Shown here piece by piece: positions 36,491 to 45,714 of a stretch of 64,000 nucleotides of DNA (its first letter is position 1; the number at the start of each line of letters is the position of its first letter). The DNA lies in contig JBMHCQ010000025.1 in assembly GCA_049889835.1 (NCBI GenBank), positions 15,744 to 79,743 of the forward strand. The letters are read 5' to 3'. The translations under genes were made by a program, and so were the position numbers. This DNA is from Akkermansiaceae bacterium (GTDB taxonomy: Bacteria > Verrucomicrobiota > Verrucomicrobiia > Verrucomicrobiales > Akkermansiaceae). The notes beneath the pieces were generated by a model. It saw only the letters and a program-made list of their open reading frames with translations. It ran no database searches and was not told the DNA's origin.

Positions 36491-37078
36491 ATGAAATCAG
36501 CTCCCCGAAAAATCGCACTCTTCGGGGGCACCTTTGATCCGATTCATCTGGGGCACTTGGAAATCGCAGCCCGGGCACGCGATGAGATGAAGCTCGACGA
36601 AGTTGTTTTCCTCCCCTGCCGGCGCTCCCCGCACAAGGACACCGGCCCCATCGCCAGTGACCGGAATCGGCTTGTCATGCTGAAAGCCGCCACTTCCGAC
36701 CTCCCTTGGGCTACGGTGAGTGACTTCGAATTCCACCGTCCCGCTCCCTCCTACACTTGGGAAACAGTCGAAGCCTTTCAAAACAGCCTCCCCGTCCCTA
36801 CTTCCCTTTTCCTGCTCATCGGGCTCGATCAATGGGAGGCCCTTCCTCGCTGGAGTCATCCTCACAAAATTGCCGCCATCGTTGAATTTCTCGTTTTTGG
36901 CCGCGATGGAAACCCTCAGGTCCGCGAAAACTACCGCGCTCACTTTTTTAAGTGCGACCATCCCGCCTCCTCAACAATCATCCGCGCAGATCTTGCTGCT
37001 GGACGACCGGCCAAATGGCTCCCAGCGGCCGTCGAAAACCTGATTTTAGAGAAGGGCTTCTATCTTCCAATCCGCTGA
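36491..37078 (+). CDS. nadD: nicotinate-nucleotide adenylyltransferase
   Basis: IALFGGTFDPIHLGHLEIA (the (H/T)xGH nucleotidyltransferase motif) and SSTIIR near the C-terminus. ATG at 36491 was preferred over TTG at 36479. Confidence 0.85.
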   Translation: MKSAPRKIALFGGTFDPIHLGHLEIAARARDEMKLDEVVFLPCRRSPHKDTGPIASDRNRLVMLKAATSDLPWATVSDFEFHRPAPSYTWETVEAFQNSLPVPTSLFLLIGLDQWEALPRWSHPHKIAAIVEFLVFGRDGNPQVRENYRAHFFKCDHPASSTIIRADLAAGRPAKWLPAAVENLILEKGFYLPIR

Positions 37079-37125
37079 CTTGCATCCTGAGATTTCCTTC
37101 GCTATCCTTCCCCCAACAAAAGCTT

Positions 37126-37875
37126 ATGAAAACACTGCTTCCCCTGCTTTTTCTTTCTGCCTGTCTGCTCTCGGCTCAAGAAGCCAAGCCTGAGGAGGAG
37201 AATGCCACTCCAGAGAAAAAGGTCTACCAATATCAAATCGATCTCGACAATCTCACCGCTGAGAAGCGCAAGGAGTATTACACCAAGCTTTTCAAAGCGC
37301 AGACCCTCTTCAATCAAAAGCGAATCTTCGAAACCCTTGCGGAAATTAACGAAGTTCACAAAATCTACGCTAACGACCCTTCTTCGCTCAATATCAAGGG
37401 AGCCTGCTATGTGGAATTCCGGAATTTTGATAAAGCCCGAAGCGCCTTCCAGCAGGCACTCAAAGCACATCCCGAGAATCCCAACGTCCTTTTTAACCTC
37501 GCGGAAATTTCTTTCGTCACGCATCGCTGGGAAGACGCCCACGACCGGCTCAATGCCCTCTTGCAAGAAAACGCGGACCCAACAATGTCAGAGCTCATCA
37601 AGTTCAAAATTTTGCTCTGCAAAATCAAACTTGGAGCCATCGAAGAAGCTCAAGCTCTCACCAAAGAAACGAGTTTCCTTGATGACTCTCCCCTGCACTA
37701 CTATGCAAACGCAGCGATGGCTTATTCCAACGATGAAGCTGCAGCAGCCGAAAAATGGCTTGGACGCGCTTCCGGAGTTTTTAGGAATGCCGGAAAAATC
37801 GCGCCCTGGCAGGACACCCTGATCGAGTTCGGCTACATCAAGAGCTTCTACGGAGGCGATCTCGAGGTGGAATAA
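37126..37875 (+). CDS. secreted TPR-repeat protein, 249 aa
   Basis: Signal peptide MKTLLPLLFLSACLLSAQE. TPR-like helices (GACYVEFRNFDKARSAFQQALKAHPENPNVLFNLAEISF...). The start was moved to the internal ATG, since the track ORF start overlaps nadD. Confidence 0.75.
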   Translation: MKTLLPLLFLSACLLSAQEAKPEEENATPEKKVYQYQIDLDNLTAEKRKEYYTKLFKAQTLFNQKRIFETLAEINEVHKIYANDPSSLNIKGACYVEFRNFDKARSAFQQALKAHPENPNVLFNLAEISFVTHRWEDAHDRLNALLQENADPTMSELIKFKILLCKIKLGAIEEAQALTKETSFLDDSPLHYYANAAMAYSNDEAAAAEKWLGRASGVFRNAGKIAPWQDTLIEFGYIKSFYGGDLEVE

Positions 37876-37878
37876 GCC

Positions 37879-38322
37879 TCAGCTACCGATCTGCGCTAAT
37901 TTGATCCCGTAGAGCTTGGCGATCTCCGGAGCATCAGAGGCCCTGTAGATCTCGCGATAGTAGATTTCCCTGATTCCGTAGGCGCACAAGGTTTGCATGC
38001 ATGCTGTGCACGGCATGGTCGTCGTCGCCACCAGCTTGGCCTCACCCCGCTTGAAAAGGCTACAGAGGTTCACCTCGGCATGCAGCATGAATTTCTGACG
38101 GGCGTCGCGATCATCCCAAAAACCTTCAGGGGCATCGAATCCCGGAGCGAGCCCATTGTAGGCGGTGGCAATCACACGATTATCCCCATCCAAGGCCGCC
38201 GCTCCCACCTTGCGAAAAGGATCCTCGGAACGAAGGCTCGCGACATCCGCCAAAGCCATCGCATACTCGGGAATAGACAAACGGTCCTCGCTCATGCGCT
38301 CACCATGCGCAGCCTTCTTCAT
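37879..38322 (-). CDS. dCMP deaminase (ComEB-type cytidine/deoxycytidylate deaminase), 147 aa (may start at 38295)
   Basis: Zinc motifs HAEVNLC and PCTACMQTL. Confidence 0.85.
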   Translation of the reverse strand: MKKAAHGERMSEDRLSIPEYAMALADVASLRSEDPFRKVGAAALDGDNRVIATAYNGLAPGFDAPEGFWDDRDARQKFMLHAEVNLCSLFKRGEAKLVATTTMPCTACMQTLCAYGIREIYYREIYRASDAPEIAKLYGIKLAQIGS

Positions 38323-38324
38323 CG

Positions 38325-39185
38325 ATGTCCAGCCAGCCTCACTCCTCTCCTCTCAAAAAAATCACTCGCCGCACTAGCCTCGGGATTCTTGGAGCGGGAA
38401 TTCTCAGCGCGGCTTGGGCTTTTGGCATTGAGCCAGACCATTTATCCATCACTGAGCAAGATCTTTCCCTCCGAGATTGGCCGCATGCGCTCGCTGGCTT
38501 CCGAGTCGCCCACCTCACAGATCTCCACTATCGCCCGGGGGCGGATGACGAACTCACCGAAAAGCTCATCAATGCGGTCAATGCCGCTCAACCCGACCTG
38601 GTTTTGATCACCGGGGATTTTGTCATTCAGGATCCTTCCTCGCTCCCTGAAATTTGCCGCCATTTAAAAAAGCTGAAAGCCAAGCACGGAATCATCGCTT
38701 CCCCCGGCAATCACGACCGTTGGTACTGTGGAGACGCTCAGCTCTGGTCCGAGTTTCGCAAGGCCGGAATCTCTTACCTTAAAAACGACAGCACCACCCT
38801 TTCCATCAAGGGAGAGCGAATCTTCCTTCCCGGGCTGGACTCCATTTGGGGCGGAGACATTGATGTCTCCCGCGCCTGGAAAAACCATCGCCAGCGTGAC
38901 CCTGTCCTCGCTCTCGTTCATGAGCCTGATGTCTTTGATCACCTTTGCGATAAACGCCCCCTCAGCCTCCAGCTCTCCGGACACACTCACGGAGGCCAAT
39001 GCCGGGTGCCCCTGATCGATTACGCACCCGCGAAAGTGAAGTTCGGTCGCAACTACCTCTACGGTCACTTTTTGAAGGACGACGCCCAACTCTGGGTCGG
39101 GCGTGGCATCGGAACCGTTGGCCTTCGTATCCGCTTCGCTTGCCAACCGGAACTTACTTTTCTGTCTTTGCGGCCATCCGCTTAA
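38325..39185 (+). CDS. Tat-exported metallophosphoesterase, 286 aa
   Basis: Tat-like [19 protein letters not shown]. Motifs HLTDLH, ITGDF, GNHD and GHTHGG. Confidence 0.8.
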   Translation: MSSQPHSSPLKKITRRTSLGILGAGILSAAWAFGIEPDHLSITEQDLSLRDWPHALAGFRVAHLTDLHYRPGADDELTEKLINAVNAAQPDLVLITGDFVIQDPSSLPEICRHLKKLKAKHGIIASPGNHDRWYCGDAQLWSEFRKAGISYLKNDSTTLSIKGERIFLPGLDSIWGGDIDVSRAWKNHRQRDPVLALVHEPDVFDHLCDKRPLSLQLSGHTHGGQCRVPLIDYAPAKVKFGRNYLYGHFLKDDAQLWVGRGIGTVGLRIRFACQPELTFLSLRPSA

Positions 39186-41280
39186 GAAGTCGATCAAGAG
39201 CTTCCGGATCGTTCACCGGCAACTGACAGGTTTCACCCACGCAATAATACGCCGTGGCCTTCCCGGCCACCGGCTTGAGACCGGCCGTGAACGCGTCCAT
39301 CGCACCTGCCGATCCCAGAATAACCCGTTTTGGCTCCCAATGACGAGCCGCCACCCTGAGGAGCTCCTCCTTCCCCGCATCTCCGGCAATGACAAGCCGT
39401 CCCGGTTTCCCGATGAAATAGTCCAGCGATCTCAACATTTCACCCATTCCCGTCGCTCCGGTTTGCTTGATAAGCTGAACGCTGGACTTCAGGGTCTTCT
39501 CCGCCATTTCCCGATAGGCCTTTTTCCCCGTCATCGCAGCCAGAATTGCAAACTCCCGGGCAGCCACAGAACTCTCAGAAGGCATGGCATTGTCGAACTG
39601 CCCTTTGAGTCGGAGCACAATGTCCTCACGCTTCTGGCTCTGATAGAATCCGCCGTTTTTCGAATCGTAAAACAATTCCGCCGCCCCCTGAGCCAATTCA
39701 TCGGCAAACTTCAGATAACTCGGATCCAAAGTCGCCTCGTAAAGAAACCGCGTTCCCCGCAAGAGGTAAAGATAACTACTCGCCTGCCGCGTTTCATCAC
39801 GTTCTCCTTCACGCCAGCGGTGCGACAACTTGCCGTCGCTCCACAATTTTGACTTCACAAAAGCATGGCCCTTTTTAGCAGCTTCCAAAAATCTTGGTTC
39901 ATCCAAAACCCGGCTGGCGCGCGCCATCGCCCCGATCATCAGACCATTCCATGACGCCAAAATCTTATCATCCGTTGGAGGCGGAATTCTCTTCGCCCTG
40001 ATTACCGCAAGCTTTTTACAAATGGCCTCAATCTTCGCCCGCCGATCTTGATCAACCTCAGATCGCTGAGTTTTAAAATGAAGAACATTCTGATTCGGAA
40101 GAGCCTCCGGATCGCTGAAATCGATAAAATTCCCCTTTTCCGTTACCCCAAGGATTTCCTCGGCTAACTTCACTTCATCTGCGGTCAACACTTTCTTCAG
40201 TTCCTCCAGCGTCCAACAGAAATACTTTCCTTCCTTCCCTTCGCTCTGAGCATCCTGCGCACAATAAAATCCGCCCTCCGGATGAGTCAGACTAGCAAGG
40301 ACATACTCCGCAGTGGCCCGCACCGCTAATTCAAAATCTGCTTCCCCGGTGACCTGCAAGGCATCAAGATATAAATCCATCAGCTGGGCCTGATCATAAA
40401 GCATCTTCTCGAAATGCGGTATTCGCCACTCACGATCCACTGCATACCGGTGAAATCCACCTCCTACCTGATCGTAAATCCCGCCATTGAGCATCCGACG
40501 ACAGGTCAGAAGCGCCGCATCCCGGACCCCCGGAACTTCGCTTTGCAACATCACTTGAAAAGTGCTCACCTGGGGAAATTTTTCGCCCTGCCCCAAGCCA
40601 CCCCAAGTCTGATCCACTTCGCTCAAGGTGGCTTTTAAGCCATCAACGATCAGTTGACGCTGAAGAATCACGTCGCCCTCGGCTTGCGCCAGTCCATCAT
40701 AATATTTCTGAATCTCTCCCACCCCTGCGGCGACTTGCTGAGCCACCGCATCTTTATCTTTCGCCCAGTGGCCCTGAATTTTTTCGAGAACCGTCATGAA
40801 TCCCGGCTGCCCATCCCGGTCCTCGGGCGGGAAGTAAGTTCCACCAAAGATCGGCTTCAGCTCGGGCGTGAGAAACATGTTCAGCGGCCACCCGCCATTC
40901 TGCCCGGTCATGGCCTGTAACGCGGTCATGTAAACCTGATCCACATCAGGACGCTCCTCGCGGTCGAGCTTGATCGAGACAAAATTCTCATTGAGGTATT
41001 TGGCAATTTTCTCGTTTTCAAAGGATTCCCGCTCCATGACATGACACCAATGGCAGGTCGAGTAACCCACGCTTAAGAGAATGAGCTTTTTCTCAGACCG
41101 GGCTTTTTGAAACGCCTCCTTGCCCCATGGATACCAATCCACCGGGTTATGGGCATGGAGTAAAAGATAAGGGGATTTCTCCTTGGCCAACCTGTTTGTA
41201 GGGAATGATTGCTCCCTTTCCCCCACCGCGGATGCGGCAAAAAAAACCGTTCCCAGTAAAACCCCTCCAACCTGCTTCAT
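39154..41280 (-). CDS. thioredoxin-domain (DUF255/YyaL-like) protein fused to a six-hairpin glycosidase-like domain, 708 aa
   Basis: [52 protein letters not shown] is the DUF255 signature. It has a signal peptide. Its 3' end overlaps the convergent phosphoesterase gene by 32 nt. Confidence 0.85.
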   Translation of the reverse strand: MKQVGGVLLGTVFFAASAVGEREQSFPTNRLAKEKSPYLLLHAHNPVDWYPWGKEAFQKARSEKKLILLSVGYSTCHWCHVMERESFENEKIAKYLNENFVSIKLDREERPDVDQVYMTALQAMTGQNGGWPLNMFLTPELKPIFGGTYFPPEDRDGQPGFMTVLEKIQGHWAKDKDAVAQQVAAGVGEIQKYYDGLAQAEGDVILQRQLIVDGLKATLSEVDQTWGGLGQGEKFPQVSTFQVMLQSEVPGVRDAALLTCRRMLNGGIYDQVGGGFHRYAVDREWRIPHFEKMLYDQAQLMDLYLDALQVTGEADFELAVRATAEYVLASLTHPEGGFYCAQDAQSEGKEGKYFCWTLEELKKVLTADEVKLAEEILGVTEKGNFIDFSDPEALPNQNVLHFKTQRSEVDQDRRAKIEAICKKLAVIRAKRIPPPTDDKILASWNGLMIGAMARASRVLDEPRFLEAAKKGHAFVKSKLWSDGKLSHRWREGERDETRQASSYLYLLRGTRFLYEATLDPSYLKFADELAQGAAELFYDSKNGGFYQSQKREDIVLRLKGQFDNAMPSESSVAAREFAILAAMTGKKAYREMAEKTLKSSVQLIKQTGATGMGEMLRSLDYFIGKPGRLVIAGDAGKEELLRVAARHWEPKRVILGSAGAMDAFTAGLKPVAGKATAYYCVGETCQLPVNDPEALDRLLKRMAAKTEK

Positions 41281-41436
41281 ACAAACAGCTTAAACCGCAC
41301 GATTTTCCTGACAAGAACCTCCCGTTAACAATTTCCCCAGAGATTTAAAACACTGATTCAAAGGATCTTGAAGCCTGTTCACAAAAAAGATGACTTTTGT
41401 TTGAGCAGACCGTGGCGACGAGAGTTTATTTTGGCG

Positions 41437-41463
41437 GCAAATTGCGGCGTAGCCGCAATTTGC
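41437..41463. other. perfect 11-bp inverted repeat GCAAATTGCGG-CGTAG-CCGCAATTTGC
   Basis: Read directly from the sequence. It is located in the 521-nt divergent intergenic region. Confidence 0.7.
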
Positions 41464-41535
41464 ATGGAAGGGTGAACAGCAGTTGTCAGCTTCGTTACTG
41501 GACACAGCTTTTGTTCACAGTTTGGGAGTTGATTA

Positions 41536-41574
41536 GCTCAGCCCCCGGGGTATTTTCAGCTAGAGCTTTTTTTT
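41536..41574 (+). terminator. orphan intrinsic terminator (no upstream + strand CDS)
   Basis: Arm 41535-41542 (AGCTCAGC) pairs with arm 41559-41567 (GCTAGAGCT) to give 8 bp with one bulge. The 16-nt loop contains CCCCGGGG. Followed by T8 (41567-41574). Confidence 0.6.
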
Positions 41575-41801
41575 AACCTCACCTCCCTCCAGCTGACTGT
41601 GTCACCTCCCGGGAATTTTGCACCTAGAGCCCTCAATCATCTCCCTGGCGTATCGTCTTTGACTGATTCACCATTCTGTGATTCCTGCTCTTGCGGAAGA
41701 TCCCGTTTTTTCTACGGCATCAGGCTTGCCCCCGTTCCTCGTTTCCCTATAACTCTGCCCTCCCATCACGAGGGCCCTGATCCCTCACTTCAACTTTTGT
41801 C

Positions 41802-43730
41802 ATGATCGAAAACATCCGCAAATACACCGGCCTCATGATCGTCGTGCTGGTTCTTCTCTTCATCGGCCTCGTCTTTTTAGAAAGCAGTGCCCAAAACCTC
41901 ACCTCCGGAGCACCTGCCATGGAAGTCGACGGTCGGCAAATTTCCAAAAAAGAGTTTACCCGTCTTTCAGAGAACACGCTCCTCATTCCATCCAAGCTTG
42001 GAGACAGCATCATTCCACCGGATGCTCAGAAAAATCCCCTCACCAGCCTCATGGGTGGTCGCATGGCTTTCACCAGCAGCCAACTTCTGATGGGAGCCAA
42101 TGCTGCTCTCGCTCAAGACACGCCCGATCGCTTCCTTGCCAATCGCCTTGCGGTCCAAAAAGCTGGTCTCGAATACGGCGCCACCCCTGGCCCTGATGAA
42201 GTGGAAGCCTTCATCGAGAATGTTCTTTTTGTCGATGCAGATGGAAATTTCGATGCGGAAGAATACTCTGAATTTATTGAAAACCGCATCGGATCACTCG
42301 GCATTGGGATCCGTGGATTCAATGAATATATTCGTGATCTCCTGACCGCTGGAAACCTCGCTGAGATCGTCAGCGGCGGGATCGAAGACGATCCTGCCAC
42401 AATCGAGGCTCTCTACCGAAACGGAAAACAAACCATCGACGCGCAGCAGATCACTCTCGAGTCGGCCACTTTCCAAGCTTCACAAAAGCCGACCGAGGAA
42501 GAGATCAGAACTTATTGGGAGGACAATCAGGAGAGATATAACACCGATGAGCGCCGCAGCGTTTCTTACGTCTTCTTCGAGCCTGACTGGGAGACCGCCC
42601 TCGCAAAGGCAGAGAAAGAAAAGAAAAAAGCCGAGGAAGTAAAAAAAGCTCAGGAAGAAGCGGCCAAAAAGCTCAAAGAAGAGGCCCGCAAAGCCGAAGA
42701 GGCTGCCAAGAAGGCGAACGAAAAAAACGACCCTCCTGCAGAAACTCCAGCCCCTAATCCTGCCGAAGGAGCTGAGGGTAACGCCGGAACGCAGGGCGAC
42801 CCCGCACCACCAGTCGCACCCACTCCTAAAACACCTTCAACCACCCCGGCAACTCCTCCCGCTGAAACCCCGGCCAAGGCTGCCGATCCCATCAAAGCTC
42901 CGGAGCTTACAGAACTCACCGCCAAAGACAAGCTGACTCCAAAGCAAAGACAGGACGCAATCAACGCGCTCAGAGAACAGGTCAACACGTTCTACGTCCC
43001 GCTCGTCGATGCTTCCGGCCAGACTTTTGAACAAGTCGCCAAGGAGCAAGGCCTCAAGATCGTTACCACCGAACTCTTTAGCAAGGACGACGCACCTGAA
43101 ATTGTCAAAGAACGCACCACCAACGACCGCCGCGGGACAATTGCCGACATCATCTTCACCATCGCACCCGAGTCCAAAAATGATCAGCGGATCACCGCTC
43201 CTTACTCCACGGGGGATGGACAGTTCATTGGGAAACTCGAGGAAGTGGAAGCGTCCCGCCCTCTGACCTTTGAAGAAGCCAAGGACAAGGCCACCGTTCA
43301 CCTGAAGGAAGAAATGGCGCGCAAGCAGCTCGCTACCGAGGCCGTGACCATTCGCGAAAAAATCGAAACTCTCATCGCTGAAGGAAAAACCTTCGAAGAA
43401 GCAGCCAAAGAGCTAAAGCTGACTTATCAGAAACTCCCCGGGTTAAAAATCCAAAGCCGTCAATTCACCCCTCCCGCCTTCGCCGCCGCCCGTTACACCG
43501 ATCCAGGAACAATCGCAAAGACCCAGTTCATCCCGAACGAAGAATCTCCGGAACGCGCCCTGATCGTCTACGTCGATAAGCGGGAAATCGTCGTCGACGA
43601 AGAATACAAAACAGGCCTCGAGAACACCGTCGAGGGTCACAACACCGCGATTCGCTTGATCGTTTTCCAAAATTGGCTCCGCGAACGATACGACGAAAAC
43701 GACGTTAAATTCTTCGAAGAACAGCGTTAG
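41802..43730 (+). CDS. PpiD/SurA-N-domain-like periplasmic chaperone, 642 aa
   Basis: MIENIRKYTGLMIVVLVLLFIGLVF (the N-terminal anchor typical of PpiD). The body is SurA_N-like. A degenerate parvulin-like segment lies near residue 450. There is a K/E/A/P-rich low-complexity insert at about 42600-42900. Confidence 0.65.
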   Translation: MIENIRKYTGLMIVVLVLLFIGLVFLESSAQNLTSGAPAMEVDGRQISKKEFTRLSENTLLIPSKLGDSIIPPDAQKNPLTSLMGGRMAFTSSQLLMGANAALAQDTPDRFLANRLAVQKAGLEYGATPGPDEVEAFIENVLFVDADGNFDAEEYSEFIENRIGSLGIGIRGFNEYIRDLLTAGNLAEIVSGGIEDDPATIEALYRNGKQTIDAQQITLESATFQASQKPTEEEIRTYWEDNQERYNTDERRSVSYVFFEPDWETALAKAEKEKKKAEEVKKAQEEAAKKLKEEARKAEEAAKKANEKNDPPAETPAPNPAEGAEGNAGTQGDPAPPVAPTPKTPSTTPATPPAETPAKAADPIKAPELTELTAKDKLTPKQRQDAINALREQVNTFYVPLVDASGQTFEQVAKEQGLKIVTTELFSKDDAPEIVKERTTNDRRGTIADIIFTIAPESKNDQRITAPYSTGDGQFIGKLEEVEASRPLTFEEAKDKATVHLKEEMARKQLATEAVTIREKIETLIAEGKTFEEAAKELKLTYQKLPGLKIQSRQFTPPAFAAARYTDPGTIAKTQFIPNEESPERALIVYVDKREIVVDEEYKTGLENTVEGHNTAIRLIVFQNWLRERYDENDVKFFEEQR

Positions 43731-43732
43731 AC

Positions 43733-44080
43733 ATGTCCGATCCCGCTGCCAGAGATACTGCTCTCGAGCGGGGTCATACCCATCTCGCCCTCGGCGAACT
43801 CGACGAAGCGGAATCCGCCTATCGCGAGGCGACTGAAGCCGACCCCGAATCCTTTGATTCGTTTCAGGCCCTCGGCATGGTTCTACTCAAGCAGAAGAAA
43901 GTCAAAGAAGCCATCGGCTGCGGAATCCAAGCCACCCTCCTCGAACCCGACGACCTCCTCGCCTGGACCGGCCTCTCCCAAATGTATGTCCAGGACGGAC
44001 AAATCGCCGAAGCCGAAGCCGCTAAAGCCAACGCCAGAATCCTCTCCATGGGAGGGAAAGTCTCGCGATTAAAATCCTAG
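43733..44080 (+). CDS. small TPR-repeat protein, 115 aa
   Basis: HTHLALGELDEAESAYREATEADPESFDSFQALGMVLLKQKKVKEAIGCGIQATLLEPDD shows a TPR-like pattern. It is tightly packed between the PpiD-like gene and metG. Confidence 0.65.
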   Translation: MSDPAARDTALERGHTHLALGELDEAESAYREATEADPESFDSFQALGMVLLKQKKVKEAIGCGIQATLLEPDDLLAWTGLSQMYVQDGQIAEAEAAKANARILSMGGKVSRLKS

Positions 44081-44089
44081 TTTTTCCCG

Positions 44090-45652
44090 ATGAAATTCAT
44101 CACTACCGCCATCGACTACCCCAACGGTAAACCCCATATTGGTCATGCCTACGAGAAGATCCTTGCCGATGTTCTCACCCGATACACCCGCCTCAAGGGC
44201 GAAGAAGCTTACTACCTCACCGGAGTCGATCAGCATGGGCAGAAGATGATGAAAACGGCCGAGGCCGAGGGCGTCAACGTCGCCACCCTCACCACGAGAA
44301 ATACCAAGGGCTTCCTCAAGCTCTGGGAAAAGCTCGGACTGGAATTCGATGGCTGGGCCGAAACGACCGACGACCGGCACAAGGCCTGCGTCCAAGCCAT
44401 CCTCACCGAGCTCGAAGCCCAAGGCCAACTCTACAAAAAATCCTACGCCGGCCACTATTCGGTCCGTCAGGAGCAGTTCCTTACCGACCGCGACCGCAAT
44501 GAAGAAGGCAACTTCGGTCCCGAATGGGGCGAAGTCGTCGAAATCGAAGAGGAGAACTGGTATTTCAAACTCTCCGACCACGCCGAGTGGCTGAAGAGCA
44601 CCGTCGAAAACGATCACCTCAAAATCATTCCCGAATTCCGGAAGCAGGAAGTCCTCAACGCCGTTGAACGCGCCGGCGAAACCGATCTCTGCATCTCCCG
44701 CCCGAAGGACCGCATGTCCTGGGGTATCCCCCTCCCCTTCGATCCCGATTTCGTGACCTACGTCTGGTTCGACGCTCTTATCAACTACATCTCCTTCGCC
44801 GGATACAAGAAGCCCGTGGGCTCCGACCTCCCCGACTTCGACACCCTTTGGCCCGCCGATCTCCAGATCATCGGAAAAGACATCCTCGTCCCCGCGCACG
44901 CCATCTACTGGCCCTGCATGCTCCACGCCATGGGCTTCGAGGCCGAGCAAATGCCCACCCTCCTCGTCCACGGATTCTGGAACGTGAAAGGCGATAAAAT
45001 GTCCAAATCCATCGGCAACATCATCGATCCCGACGAACTCGCCGATAAGTTCGGGCCTGAAACTCTCCGCTACTACCTCTGCCGTGACATCCGCTCCGGA
45101 AAGGACAGCGACTTCGACCTCGCCCGCCTCGTCATGCTTTTTAACACCGAGCTCGCCAACGACCTCGGCAACCTCCTCAACCGGTCCATCAACATGACCA
45201 AGGGCTTTTGCAACTCCACCATCAGTGACACCAACACCGATGACGAGAGCGATGCCGCCCTCCGCCAATCCCTTGCGGACTCCACCGCCGCCTACCAAAA
45301 AGCGATGGACGCCTGCGAAGTATCCGAAGCCCTCCTCGCCATCAACACCCACGTCACCCACTGCAACGGCTACCTCGAGCGCAACAAGCCTTGGGAAATG
45401 AAAAAGGACGAAAGTAAACTCCCGCGCGTCGGAGAAGTCCTCTCCCACACCGCCGAGTCCTGCGCCCACCTCGCGGTCCTCCTCAAACCCATTCTCCCGG
45501 AAGCTGCCGCCAAAATTTTCGGACAGCTTAAAAAGGAAAAGCTCGCCGAACTCACCCTCAGCGAACTCCAATGGGGCCTCCTCGAGGCAGGCCACCAAAC
45601 CGGAAAGCCCAAGCCCGTTTTCCCAAGGATTCAAGTGGAGAAAGCCAACTGA
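44090..45652 (+). CDS. metG: methionyl-tRNA synthetase, 520 aa
   Basis: Class I HIGH motif (YPNGKPHIGHAYE) and KMSKS (GDKMSKSIGN). Overall MetRS-like sequence. Confidence 0.92.
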   Translation: MKFITTAIDYPNGKPHIGHAYEKILADVLTRYTRLKGEEAYYLTGVDQHGQKMMKTAEAEGVNVATLTTRNTKGFLKLWEKLGLEFDGWAETTDDRHKACVQAILTELEAQGQLYKKSYAGHYSVRQEQFLTDRDRNEEGNFGPEWGEVVEIEEENWYFKLSDHAEWLKSTVENDHLKIIPEFRKQEVLNAVERAGETDLCISRPKDRMSWGIPLPFDPDFVTYVWFDALINYISFAGYKKPVGSDLPDFDTLWPADLQIIGKDILVPAHAIYWPCMLHAMGFEAEQMPTLLVHGFWNVKGDKMSKSIGNIIDPDELADKFGPETLRYYLCRDIRSGKDSDFDLARLVMLFNTELANDLGNLLNRSINMTKGFCNSTISDTNTDDESDAALRQSLADSTAAYQKAMDACEVSEALLAINTHVTHCNGYLERNKPWEMKKDESKLPRVGEVLSHTAESCAHLAVLLKPILPEAAAKIFGQLKKEKLAELTLSELQWGLLEAGHQTGKPKPVFPRIQVEKAN

Positions 45653-45714
45653 TTTAACAGACCCTAAGATTTTCCCTTTGCCAACGCCTCTCTTTCCGTA
45701 AGTCTTCGCCCATC

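Noticed and set aside
41290-41805. ORFs 41290-41505(-) (71 aa) and 41599-41805(+) (68 aa) in the large intergenic region.
   Set aside because: Their composition is Cys/Ser/Pro-rich and unlike local genes. The first spans the 11-bp hairpin. The second starts at GTG and runs into the PpiD-like gene start out of frame. The region is better explained as non-coding or regulatory.
42600-42990. A K/E/A-rich then P/T/A-rich low-complexity tract inside the PpiD-like gene, plus the antisense ORF 42650-42988; considered as a possible tandem DNA repeat or inserted element.
   Set aside because: I could find no exact nucleotide periodicity. It reads as a compositionally biased linker within an intact ORF. 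The antisense ORF is a shadow.
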